DNA of 63,377 bases, filler included, from Octopus bimaculoides (GCF_001194135.2; 6 parts of 4 records of this genome joined end to end with filler, not necessarily neighbours in it), one strand, 5' to 3'. Shown: positions 25,462 to 36,795, numbered from the whole stretch's first letter. The notes: generated by a model from the sequence alone, not told the origin. Translations and numbers: made by a program.

Positions 25462-26970
25462 CTAGAAAATCTCTGTTGGGTTATATAACGCTGGCAAATT
25501 AACCCCCGGCAGCACCATCTAGAAATATACACGAAGCGATGTCGCTCTGCTCCGTTTGATGGTCTCTCATCCCCTTCTACGTTTTCCTACTGAACATCGT
25601 CCGTGGCCATTCAGAACTCTGTCGTTCAGTTTTATGATAAGGTGTTCTCACTTTTTCTCTACTTATTGTCTTTAATAACAATGAATAATGTTCGTATAAA
25701 CAACTAAAATATTTTAACAATGAAGATTTGTTAACTGTCATATTCATTATCTCTTGTGTGATGTATTCAAATAATTGTTGAACATTCATAAACGCGAATG
25801 TTCCTGGTAATAAAAGTGATGCAAACTTATATAAATATTAGTTTGTGTCGTCATTCTCGCCCTCACATGCAGCTTACCTAATACTGTGTGCTACCAATTA
25901 CGTGTTAACGATCAAAATCCACTAAAAATCCACTACACCAAAGTATGTTTTGAATGTTTATTGATCAATACTATATTTTCGGCAATTGAATGTTTCCGTA
26001 TTCAGCTTCAATAGTAATTGGTAATTCAAACACTGTTATTTTGGATGGTTCACGTAATCTGTCGTCTGCTTAAAGCCATAATCAGTTTGTCGTCTGGCTA
26101 AAGCAATAAACAGTTTGAAAAAGAAAAAGGAAGACATTACGTAGATATTTAAATGTTGATTGATAACATATGTCTAAAATTCTTCGCTGATTTATTGGTT
26201 TTCAGCGCCCTTTGTACTATTAACGTCATATATCTTGCTGCATTTTAGTAAAATCAATCATTACAATTCGATTTCCGTTCAGAATGTAGTTGCCATATTT
26301 GCTGTTGTCGTTTAGCTTCGCGTCAACACTGATCGAACAGGCTAATGATCAAGGCCATTCCAGCTGTGACCGTCCTGTCTTTTTAGTTGATTATAGGACA
26401 GCATTATTCAATGGTCTTTCTTGTTTTAAGGTTGTAGGATATGATTTGAAATAAATGTAGCTGGTGTTTTTATTCACACTTTGACTGACTATAGATTGTC
26501 CTTTGTTATATTTTGAGAGACACAATGTATAGGGGTTTTAGAAACCTATGTAGGATAAAGGTCATTGAGTTTATATATTTGTGCGTATGTGTATGTGTTA
26601 GTGTGTAAATAAATAAATATATATATATATGTGTGTGTGTGTGTATATATATATAATCAACATAATCAACTTACTGTGAATAAAACCTAGGGTGCAGTGT
26701 GTTCTGTTAATTAATAAGTTAAAAAAAGTATAGCAAATGCACAAACGAAAAACAGACACAGAAGGTCCCCAAATCGTCAGTTACCGGTCAGAGAATCAAA
26801 CGCAATTTCGTGCCTTTAACGATAATTTTTATTCCCTTATGGTGGCGCCGACAAGAGTTGCCGGGAGAATAAGACCGAGAACAAACAAACACTATATGGA
26901 TAAGAAGCAAAACAGAAGTGGACGTACGAAAATGAATAAATGTAATTCAAGACGAGACCGCAAGTGGACG

Positions 26971-27344
26971 GATGAAGGACAAAATGTAACGCTGGGGCAA
27001 GAGGGAAATCTTAAAGGATTGGAAACAGAAGAGTAACAAATAGCGAAACAGGTTGAAGTAGAGACTAGAGAAATTACGATCGGTTGCTTCAACGGCCAAT
27101 GTAAAAGAGGAAAAGAAGAAGAGAAGCTCTATCTCCTCTCTGCTCATTGTGTCTCCCTTTGCTCGATAATGACACGTAACCCGTGGTCAGCCTTTTTTGC
27201 TTGCTCTCTTTTTTACACCAGCCGTTGAAGCAACCGGTCGTAATTTCTCTAGTTTCCACTTTCAACTGTTTCGCTGTTTGTTGCTCTTCTGTTTCTAATC
27301 CTTTAAGATTTCCGTCTTAGCGTTACCCATACTTCGTCTTCATC
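26971..27344. repeat. Long imperfect inverted repeat (arms about 138 bp, spacer about 98 bp)
   Basis: e.g. CTAGAGAAATTACGATCGGTTGCTTCAACGGC vs GCCGTTGAAGCAACCGGTCGTAATTTCTCTAG. Confidence 0.9.
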
Positions 27345-28692
27345 TAACCTTGAGGCTACATTCTGTTTCATACACTATTCATCGGTGTATCTCATGTACA
27401 AAGTGCATTCATCCAACGTAAGATTGTGTTATGGCCTGATTTCGGTGAATGTTGAAGTTGCGCCGAAACTGACACTGAACTGCCGACAGACTCGTCCTTC
27501 TTCACGTAACTGTCGTCGGCAAACACGCGATGCACTATCGTCCACAGCGCCATGGCTTCATTTGAACAGAAAGAAAAAATGCTAAGACACTACGGACCGA
27601 ATGGTACCTGTCGGACATATATCCCTCCTCTCAGGGACTGAGCAGTAGCCATTTCAAAAACGTCCATCCTCTTTGCCCCACCTATATATATATTTATATA
27701 TAAGAATGCAAGTAAAGTTTTAAAATTCACAACAGCTGTTTCAACAGCATTTTTTTTTATTGATAACTACTTCGATTACTACGATTACATCATGAAAAAG
27801 ATCCGCTCCAGTCAGGTGAATTTAAACATAGGTAGGAGAAGAAAATTCAAAACGACTCTCTTTGCCAAGCTTTATCAAAGTAAGTGAGTGCATTTGAAGA
27901 ACCGTTGAAATTTAAAGGGCTGTTAGCAATACGTTTAGGGCGAAGCTCAGAAGCANNNNNNNNNNNNNNNNNNNNNNNNNNNNNNNNNNNNNNNNNNNNN
28001 NNNNNNNNNNNNNNNNNNNNNNNNNNNNNNNNNNNNNNNNNNNNNNNNNNNNNNNNNNNNNNNNNNNNNNNNNNNNNNNNNNNNNNNNNNNNNNNNNNNN
28101 NNNNNNNNNNNNNNNNNNNNNNNNNNNNNNNNNNNNNNNNNNNNNNNNNNNNNNNNNNNNNNNNNNNNNNNNNNNNNNNNNNNNNNNNNNNNNNNNNNNN
28201 NNNNNNNNNNNNNNNNNNNNNNNNNNNNNNNNNNNNNNNNNNNNNNNNNNNNNNNNNNNNNNNNNNNNNNNNNNNNNNNNNNNNNNNNNNNNNNNNNNNN
28301 NNNNNNNNNNNNNNNNNNNNNNNNNNNNNNNNNNNNNNNNNNNNNNNNNNNNNNNNNNNNNNNNNNNNNNNNNNNNNNNNNNNNNNNNNNNNNNNNNNNN
28401 NNNNNNNNNNNNNNNNNNNNNNNNNNNNNNNNNNNNNNNNNNNNNNNNNNNNNNNNNNNNNNNNNNNNNNNNNNNNNNNNNNNNNNNNNNNNNNNNNNNN
28501 NNNNNNNNNNNNNNNNNNGGGCGGGGTCTATGTAATTGACTTACTCTTTGCCGCGAAATTGCTGGCCTGGGGCCAAAATTTGAAACCATAATTAATGCGT
28601 ACCTTATTAAACACATCAATATACACTCATACAAGTTAAAACAATGTGTTATCTTATACGCTCTGACACAAATATATACTACCAAAAAGCCC

Positions 28693-29078
28693 ATATCTCT
28701 CTTTTTTCTTTCTCTCTTTTACTTGTTTCAGTCATTTGACTGCGGCCATGCTGGAGCACCGCCTTTAGTCGAGCAAATCGACCCCGGGACTTATTCTTTG
28801 TAAGCCTAGTACTTATTCTATCAGTCTCTTTTGCTGAACCGCTAAGTGACGGGGACACAGACACACCAGCATCGGTTGTCAAGCAATGCTAGGGGGACAA
28901 ACACATACACACACACACATATATATATATATACATATATACGACGGGCTTCTTTCAGTTTCCGTCTACCAAATCCACTCACAAGGCTTTGGTTGGCCCA
29001 AGACTATAATAGAAGACACTTGCCCAAGGTGCCACGCAGTGGGACTGAACCCGGATCTATGTGGTTGGTAGGCAAGCT
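28693..29078 (-). mobile_element. SINE family B, near full length, truncated at scaffold end
   Basis: Reverse complement of the family B body and tail (TACTTGTTTCAGTCATTTGACTGCGGCCATGCTGGAGCACC...GGGACTGAACCCGG). Confidence 0.9.
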
Positions 29079-29178
29079 NNNNNNNNNNNNNNNNNNNNNN
29101 NNNNNNNNNNNNNNNNNNNNNNTTAATTAATTAANNNNNNNNNNNNNNNNNNNNNNNNNNNNNNNNNNNNNNNNNNNN
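29079..29178. other. Artificial scaffold-joining spacer
   Basis: 44N + TTAATTAATTAA (29123-29134) + 44N. Confidence 0.95.
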
Positions 29179-29244
29179 CTTTCTTTTATCCTTGATAAAT
29201 TTATCAAAGTATTTTTCTTTTCTTTTCTTTTATGTATTTTTCTT

Positions 29245-29363
29245 CACTCTGATGAAGCTCCACGTTCCAGATCGGATGTATTACCAGATATGATGAATAT
29301 CATTTTCAGAATTTTCAATGGCAATACCGTAGAACATTGGAAGCAGAAACAGCTGTTAAATGG
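29245..29363 (+). ncRNA. Degenerate hammerhead-like motif with extended stem II
   Basis: CTGATGA (29249-29255), A, GCTCCACGTTC pairing imperfectly with GAACATTGGAAGC, A, GAAA (29346-29349), palindromic ACAGCTGT, T. Stem I is poor. Confidence 0.4.
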
Positions 29364-30880
29364 GATACTGTCTATTTGTATTAAAAGTAATAATTGATGT
29401 TAGTCAATTGTTGTTGATCAATATTTCTCCATTTTCTGTTTACTTTATATATATATATATTATAATATTAGGGACAAAATCCAAATTACAGGTAAAAACT
29501 CACTTAAAATCAATTTATAAAAAATTAAAATTAAATTGAGCTTTATAGATAAAATATATATAAAATATATAGTTTTAGGGAAAATAACCAAGTTTCAAGA
29601 ACTCATCGATGAAAACCCACTATCACATATAGAAAAATTAACAATTACAAGCACAATAAATGAGTAAAGGTTTTATCGTTTTTTCTTTTTTTCTTACCAT
29701 CATGGTATACACTGCACCATACCGTGCGTTTGGAGTCTCCGCCGACGAAACCAAAATGAAGGACACTTCATGTACACCGTCTCACCATACAATGTGGTTT
29801 AAGGAAGTATTCACTCGAGACATACAAAGTACGGCGATAGAATATAATTGTACATCAATCTCAGTTGCGTGGATCTGATTTCTAAGTAACTTTATAACCA
29901 CCCGCGTCTTCTTTACATATTTCTACCCGGTTTTACAGGCTTAAACCAACCCGATTTTGTTTTTATTTACCTCGATTGTTTGTAAATATATACGCAGATA
30001 TGTAACCATAGCTGTTATACAGACACACTAACTTTTTGTTCTACATGTTACCGTCCTTCAGAAATTAAAGCTCTCACTTTTAACGTTGCCACGATTTTGT
30101 TTTGTGTCCAGTTACACGCCGCTCTTGTAAAACACTCCTTGGTTTTCTTACAATTGTGGTTGTCAATACTATTTCTCATCGATGTCAAATTTTGCCAAAG
30201 TGAACTTAGCCTATCATTCTTTCAAGGTAGATTATATAAGTATATGACACTGAGGTCAATGTAACGAATTTACTCGCTCCTCACAAACTTCAGGCCCCGT
30301 GTCAACAGTGGAAAGGACTATCATAGGGCGGCGGGCTGGCGGAAGCGTTAGGACGTTGGGCGAAATGCTTAGCGGTATTTCATCCGTCTTTACATTCTGA
30401 GTTCAAATGCCGCCGCGGTCGATTTTACCTTTTATCCCTTCGAGGTCGATAAAATGAGTACCAGTTTTGGACTGGAGACGATGTAATCGACTAGCTCCCT
30501 CTACCCAAATTATGTAAATAATGTATATCAATGAATCTTTCAGAAGCATTCCACGCTGTTGTGTTTCTCTCTTTTCTTCCTGCACACATGTCGCGTTCCA
30601 TCTTACATATATTGTAAGGACCGTATGTTGTCCAACATTAACTCTCGTTATCTCGCATCACACGGTCCTTTACATTGTAAGACGAAATACTGTGTCCCTG
30701 CCTGCAATTAATACTCAATTACCCGAATAAAGCAGTGTGGTCATGGCTGGAATCTATTTTGGCCATAGTTCTGCTCGAGCAAATCCCAACAAGTGAGTTA
30801 CCTTTATCAAGTTGGTTAGTTCTTGGTGAAGGGTGGAAGCCCACTGGAAATTAAATCTGTAATTAGGCATTCTGGTGAAA

Positions 30881-31026
30881 GGTAATTTAGCAACCGTTAA
30901 TTAGTCAAAGATAGATTAGCGACAGCCAATTAAAACCAAGGATAGTTTAGTAGCAACCAATTATAACAAAAGGTACTTTAGTAAGAGCCAATTAAAATGA
31001 AGGATAATTTAGTAACAGCCAATCAC
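30881..31026. repeat. 31-bp minisatellite (about 5 diverged units)
   Basis: CCAAT at 30926, 30957, 30988 and 31019. Confidence 0.85.
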
Positions 31027-31699
31027 AGATCTATATTTATTTGGAGAGTAAGGTTGCATTTCTTTCGTTTGTTTTTTCTTATTTTTCTGGAAGGAGTTGA
31101 TATGTGTATGTTTGTGTGTATATATATATGTGTGTATGTTTGCGTGTGAATTTGCGTATGTATGTATGTATGTGTATGTATGTGTATGTATGTATATATG
31201 TGTATTTGTGTGTATGTATGAATATATGTGCGCGTATATATATGTGCATCTATGCATGTATACATATGTGTATGTTTGTGTGTATTTGTGTATATGAATG
31301 CATGTGTGTGTGCGTGTGTGTGTGTGTGCATGTGTATGTACATAATTGTATGTTTGTGTGTGTATACGTGTATATGTATGTGTGTGTGTGCGTTCATGCA
31401 TGTGTGTGATCGCCAACATAATTTCTGTAAACTCAATGGTTGTGCCGTTAAGAAGTTGACAGCAACGTGGTTTTGAGTTCGATTCCCCGGCCTGGTGCAT
31501 TGAGAAAGCGTCTTCTATTATAGCTTTCGATCGACTCAAATCTTGTAAGTGTAATTTGGTTGAAGGAAACTGTGCAGAAGACCATAGGTGGATAGTTCTG
31601 TTTTGGGTGGAAGACTTAATCCTTTGGGTATTTTAAAACCAGCACCTGGTTCTTGGGTTGCATATATGAGAGGCTCCTTTGTTGCAATGTTTCGAAATA

Positions 31700-31946
31700 C
31701 AGTAATCCGTCGCCATATCGCGGTTTACTATTTAAGCTTATGTCGATTCCTCCGTGGTGTTGTTTTGCATGGTGCTCCAGCATGGCCACAGTAATCGGGT
31801 AGAAACATAAAAGAATAAAAGAATACAAATTATAAAAATAATAGAAAAAATATACAGTACAGTACTGTTTTTATTTCGCGGATTTTCACCAATCGCGGGT
31901 GGTTGGGGGTTGGAACGTAGCACTCGCGATAGTCGAGGGATTACTG
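31700..31946. mobile_element. pogo/Tigger-like MITE interrupted by a SINE B tail
   Basis: TA|CAGTAATCCGTCG ... CGAGGGATTACTG|TA. Confidence 0.8.
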
Positions 31947-32309
31947 TATATATGTATATACAGTAATCCCTCGCCATATCGCGGTTCACCTATGGCGGTT
32001 CACCTATTGCAGTTTATTATTTAAGCTTACGTCGATTCCTCCGTGGTGTTGTTTTGCATTTATGATAAAATAAATATATACAAAGATTAGAAATGATCTA
32101 TTTCTAAATCTCACAGAGAGACTTCAGCGACAGTGTTGCGATAAAGCAGTTGTATACTGTCAACTTAATGTGACAGTCCCAATAAGGGAATCATACTACT
32201 GCTATTTAGCCCTCGGAAGCTGGACCGCTTCCTGTTGGCCTTGACACATTTCCTGTGTCCTTATATTTGCGAGGGGGGAGACAAGCACCCCCACCCAGCC
32301 TAGTCTGCA

Positions 32310-32352
32310 TTCAGGAACATGTTTCTGAGTCATTGCTCTTCATCAGCCTGAA
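32310..32352 (-). ncRNA. Minimal type-I hammerhead ribozyme-like motif
   Basis: Minus strand reads TTCAGG-CTGATGA-A-GAG-CAATGA-CTC-A-GAAA-CATG-TT-CCTGAA: perfect 6-bp stem I, 3-bp stem II, palindromic stem III ACATGT. Confidence 0.7.
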
Positions 32353-32510
32353 GTAGCAAAACCAGCTGGCAGAAGATGTCTGTCAACCTCTCACAAATAT
32401 ATATATTTCTAGTGAAAACACATTCACTGATTACAAAAATTAGAAATTATCTAATTATAAATCTCACTACCAAAAATAATTAAAAAAATATACAATACGG
32501 TACTGTTTCT

Positions 32511-32684
32511 TAATTCTTTATTGCCCACAAGGGGCTAAACATAGAGGGGACAAACAAGGACAGACAAAGGGATTAAGTCGATTGCATCGACCGCAGTGCG
32601 TAACTGNNNNNNNNNNGAACGCAATGGCAGACGAAATACTGCTGAGCATTTCGCCCGGCGTGCTAGCGTTTCTGCCAGCTCGCC
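32511..32684 (-). mobile_element. SINE family A with 22-bp target-site duplication
   Basis: TATACAATACGGTACTGTTTCT at 32489-32510 and 32685-32706 flanks the SINE. Confidence 0.9.
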
Positions 32685-33006
32685 TATACAATACGGTACT
32701 GTTTCTACTTAAAGAATTTTCACCTATGGCGTGGGGCTTTGGAACGTAACACCCGCGGTAGTCGAGGGATGACTGCAGTTCTCTGATCTGAGAGAAACTC
32801 CACCCCCTTCATCCCACTTGCGTGAGTGGCTTTGGAAAAGGTCATGACCCGTTCTGTTTGAACAAGAGTTTCTCTCCTCTGATTGGTTCGCTTACTATTT
32901 GCAGTAAACCAAAAGCAGTCAGTAAATTTCTGCGCAATGAACAACAATGCCCAACTTTTAGTTGCCGAATCAGCTTTGAAGGTGGGCGGTGAAGTTTCCT
33001 ACGAGT

Positions 33007-33048
<42 letters not shown>

Positions 33049-33051
33049 TAT

Positions 33052-33450
33052 TGTTATATGGACTGTTGGATATGTTATTCGTCTGACGTTCCGTGTGTCA
33101 CTGTGGTTCGTCTGAGTTCATTGTTATTACGATGAATAATTTTACGGTAAAGTAAGCATGTATCCTACCGGCGACGCCAATAAACTCTGTTGTATTTCCC
33201 TCGGGAGACTCGCAGAGATAACACAACGAGTTGTACAATTTAATTATTACATTTATTATTCAATTACATACAAAGAACGCACTCACCCAATGTTCGTTAT
33301 AAATAAACAAGAATCATGTCCGCCATATCTATCAATGACATTTTATTACGACAGTCACACAAGACAACAACAATGAAACAATGAACTCAGACGAACCATT
33401 GTGACACACGGAACGTCAGACGAATAACATTTCCAACAGTCCATATAACA
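33052..33450. mobile_element. MITE with ~74-bp TIRs, TGT...ACA ends and 5-bp TSD (Ginger-like)
   Basis: TGTTATATGGACTGTTGG...CTGAGTTCATTGTT is the reverse complement of 33377-33450 with 3 mismatches; CATAT on both sides (33047-33051, 33451-33455). Confidence 0.8.
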
Positions 33451-33603
33451 CATATAGTGTTAGCCTTCACGCATGAATGCTATTATCGAATGTTTAGTAT
33501 AAACTAATTCTTCTAAGAACGAAAACAATTTTGAATACGTTTTATTTATTCAACTTACGATTTCCCATTTACTGTTACCAAGGAGTTGTTGTGTGCTAAG
33601 TAT

Positions 33604-33999
33604 CTTGCTTAGCAACCACATGGTTCCGGGTTCATTCCCACTGCGTGGCACCTTGGGCAAGTGTCTTCTACTATAGCCTCGGTCCGACCAAAGCCTTGTG
33701 AGTGGATTTGGTAGACGGAAACTGAAAGAAGTCTGTCGTATATATGTATATATATGTATATATGTATATATGTATGTGTGTGTATATGTTTGTGTGTCTG
33801 TGTCCCACCAACATCGCTTGGCAACCGATGGTGGTGCGTTTACGTCCCCGTAACTTAGCGGTTCGGCAAAATGGTCCGATAGAAGACCGATAGAATAAGT
33901 ACTAGGCTTACAAAGAATAAGTCCTGGGATCGATTTGCTCGACTAAAGGCGGTGCTCCAGTATGGCCGCAGTCAAATGACTGAAACAAGTAAAAGAGTA
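33604..33999 (+). mobile_element. SINE family B copy
   Basis: CTTGCTTAGCAACCACATGGTTCCGGGTTC...GACTGAAACAAGTAAAAGAGTA. Confidence 0.9.
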
Positions 34000-34121
34000 T
34001 CCGTGTCAAAAAATTAAGTCACTTTTTTACTTGCCGTGTCAGGAAGAAGGGGCAGTGCCCATAGCTGTTACAGACCATCATCCAGGATCGGAGAGGGATG
34101 CCGTCAACAATTAGTTTAAAC

Positions 34122-35361
34122 CAGTAATTCTCAACCATTTTTTGCCTGTGGACTCCTTTGGCTCNNNNNNNNNNNNNNNNNNNNNNNNNNNNNNNNNNNN
34201 NNNNNNNNNNNNNNNNNNNNNNNNNNNNNNNNNNNNNNNNNNNNNNNNNNNNNNNNNNNNNNNNNNNNNNNNNNNNNNNNNNNNNNNNNNNNNNNNNNNN
34301 NNNNNNNNNNNNNNNNNNNNNNNNNNNNNNNNNNNNNNNNNNNNNNNNNNNNNNNNNNNNNNNNNNNNNNNNNNNNNNNNNNNNNNNNNNNNNNNNNNNN
34401 NNNNNNNNNNNNNNNNNNNNNNNNNNNNNNNNNNNNNNNNNNNNNNNNNNNNNNNNNNNNNNNNNNNNNNNNNNNNNNNNNNNNNNNNNNNNNNNNNNNN
34501 NNNNNNNNNNNNNNNNNNNNNNNNNNNNNNNNNNNNNNNNNNNNNNNNNNNNNNNNNNNNNNNNNTAAACAAATAAGAAACTTGCTTCCCAACTACATGG
34601 TTCCGGGTTCCGTCCCACTGCGTGGCACCTTGGGCAAGTGTCTCCTACTATAGCCTCGGGCCGACCAAAGCCTTGTGAATGGATTTGGTAGACGGAAACT
34701 GAAAGAAGCCCGTCGTATATATATGTATGTGTGCCTTTGTATCTGTGTTTACCCTACCACCACCACTACCACCACCACTACCACCACCATCGCTTGACAA
34801 CCGATGTTGGTGTGTTTATGTCCTTGAAACTTAGCAGTTTGGCAAAAGAGCTCGATAGAATAAGTACTAGGCTTACAAAGAATGAGTCCTGGGGTCGATT
34901 CGTTCGACTAAAGGTGGTGCTCCAGCATGGCCGCAGTCAAATGACTGAAACAAGTAAAAGAGTAAAGGGTAACTATTACTTATGTAAGTAAAGCGGCGAG
35001 CTGGCAGAAACGTTAGCTCGCCGGGGTGAAATACTTAACGGTATTTCGTCTATCGTTACGTTCTGAGTTCAAATTCTACTGAGGCTGACTTTGACTTTTA
35101 TCCTTTCGGGGTCGATAAATTAAGTACCAGTTGCGTACTGGGTCGATCTAACCGACTAGTCCACTCCCCCAAAATTTTAGCCCTTGTGCCTAGAGTAGAA
35201 AAGATTATTTGTATAAGTAACTATTGTTAAGAATTGTATGAGAAAATTGCAGAAATATTTTGTGTATTGTTTAAGTATAACCAATATGTAGCAGATAAAT
35301 TTTAATAAAATCTTATACGGACCCCACGAGGGTCATGTGGACCCCCAGTTGAGAACAATTG
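34122..35361 (-). mobile_element. hAT MITE split by nested SINE B (about 34570-34965) and SINE A (about 34990-35205)
   Basis: Left end CAGTAATTCTCAACC after GTTTAAAC; right end GTTGAGAACAATTG before GTTTAAAA. Flanking sequence resembles 21335-21604. Contains an N gap. Confidence 0.7.
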
Positions 35362-35444
35362 GTTTAAAATGTTGCAGGTCAGACATGAATAAGGAGAAAA
35401 TTCCAGTGGTATGATATTCTGGAGGAGGAAGGATTGGTCATAAT

Positions 35445-35715
35445 CAGTGGCCCGGGAACAAAATTTGCTTAGGGGGGGGGGTGCAAACTCAGTTTCAAAA
35501 TTTGGCACTACTGGAGAAGTGTGGATCCGAGTTCTGGGAGTGTGCATGTCACAAATTTGCGCATGAGCACGCGTTAGTCGTAAGTAGTCGAATTTAGCAC
35601 ACAGGGAAAAAAACTAGACGCTCGCTACTTGCTGTAAATGGAGAGTGGGTTATCCATCTAATACAAGAGGAAAATTGCAGATAAATTGAATAAAAACATG
35701 AAAAATAACAAAATG
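35445..35715. mobile_element. Unclassified ~270-bp repeat starting CAGTGGCCCGGGAAC (probable DNA transposon end), copy 1
   Basis: High identity to 55294-55559 with the same sharp left boundary. Confidence 0.7.
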
Positions 35716-35798
35716 AAAAGGTGAATCAAGACTAAAGTTGGAGTTGAAAAAAAAGGCACTTACCCAGGCAGTGGTCAAGTTGATAATGGAATATTGAA

Positions 35799-35898
35799 NN
35801 NNNNNNNNNNNNNNNNNNNNNNNNNNNNNNNNNNNNNNNNNNTTAATTAATTAANNNNNNNNNNNNNNNNNNNNNNNNNNNNNNNNNNNNNNNNNNNN
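35799..35898. other. Artificial scaffold-joining spacer
   Basis: 44N + TTAATTAATTAA (35843-35854) + 44N. Confidence 0.95.
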
Positions 35899-35962
35899 AG
35901 GGTTAGGGTTTTAGGGTTAGGGTTTAGGGTTAATGTTAGGGTTAGTGTTAGGATTAGGGTTG
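35899..35962 (+). repeat. Degenerate TTAGGG (telomere-like) array at scaffold start
   Basis: AGGGTTAGGGTTTTAGGGTTAGGGTTTAGGGTTAATGTTAGGG... Confidence 0.85.
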
Positions 35963-36518
35963 GGTAATCGTGCGGGTGTTAATCTGAAAAATTACAGATA
36001 TGTGAAAAGTACTGACCCTGCCATCTATTATAACTTTTGTTGTTCTGTTTAATATATACATAGATTATGCCTCCAAAGAAGAGAGTTTGCTGGGGAAAGA
36101 AAGCAACCGGTTTAAAATGACAGCAACAGACTGCAGCAATTCACCACATTCCAGAAGCTACTTTGAACATAATGCAAAATGGTGCATCAACATCTACTGC
36201 CCAATCTGATAGAATTCTGGCAGAACTGTGTAGCAACAGATCATCAGCAATTGCTTCATCACAAATTGCTTACCCTGCTATATATAATCAGGGCAGCGCA
36301 AAAAGTTGTTTTGCACAAGCATTTCTATAGGCAATTAGACAGATGAAATTTACGTATGCTTAATAATTTCACGCAAAACAGCCTTCAAACTTTCCCTATT
36401 AATTTTGTCGTCTTTTGAATTATGAACATATTTACATCATAAGGGTTTTTTCGTTGTAAGGCTTTCTTTTTTAGTTGATTTTCACCTAGAAAGACTTATC
36501 GTAGATGGCGTAATAAGT

Positions 36519-36547
36519 CACCCGGACATGGTCGGGTTATACTGCTA

Positions 36548-36548
<1 letters not shown>
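36519..36548 (+). mobile_element. Helitron-like 3' terminus
   Basis: GC hairpin ACCCG...CGGGT, 7 nt, then CTAG followed by T. Confidence 0.5.
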
Positions 36549-36586
<38 letters not shown>

Positions 36587-36754
36587 AATGATATATGAGC
36601 ATATGCATGTATACATACAAATATGTACATACCTACATCTACATGTATATATAGATGCATATCCGAGTCTTTCTTGAAATTCTCTAATGCATAATTTAGT
36701 GGAGGGCTTCTTCTACTTTTGAAAACTTTTTCAAGTATTCCCTCTAAACTTACA

Positions 36755-36789
<35 letters not shown>

Positions 36790-36795
<6 letters not shown>

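Larger units (their letters stand above)
31961..32775. mobile_element. Second pogo/Tigger-like MITE carrying nested insertions
   Basis: TA|CAGTAATCCCTCG ... CGAGGGATGACTG; internal sequence is shared with 31700-31946. Confidence 0.8.

Noticed and set aside
25508-25522. CTCF-like motif (minus strand CTAGATGGTGCTG)
   Set aside because: Partial match lacking the 5' CC(A/G) core; expected by chance.
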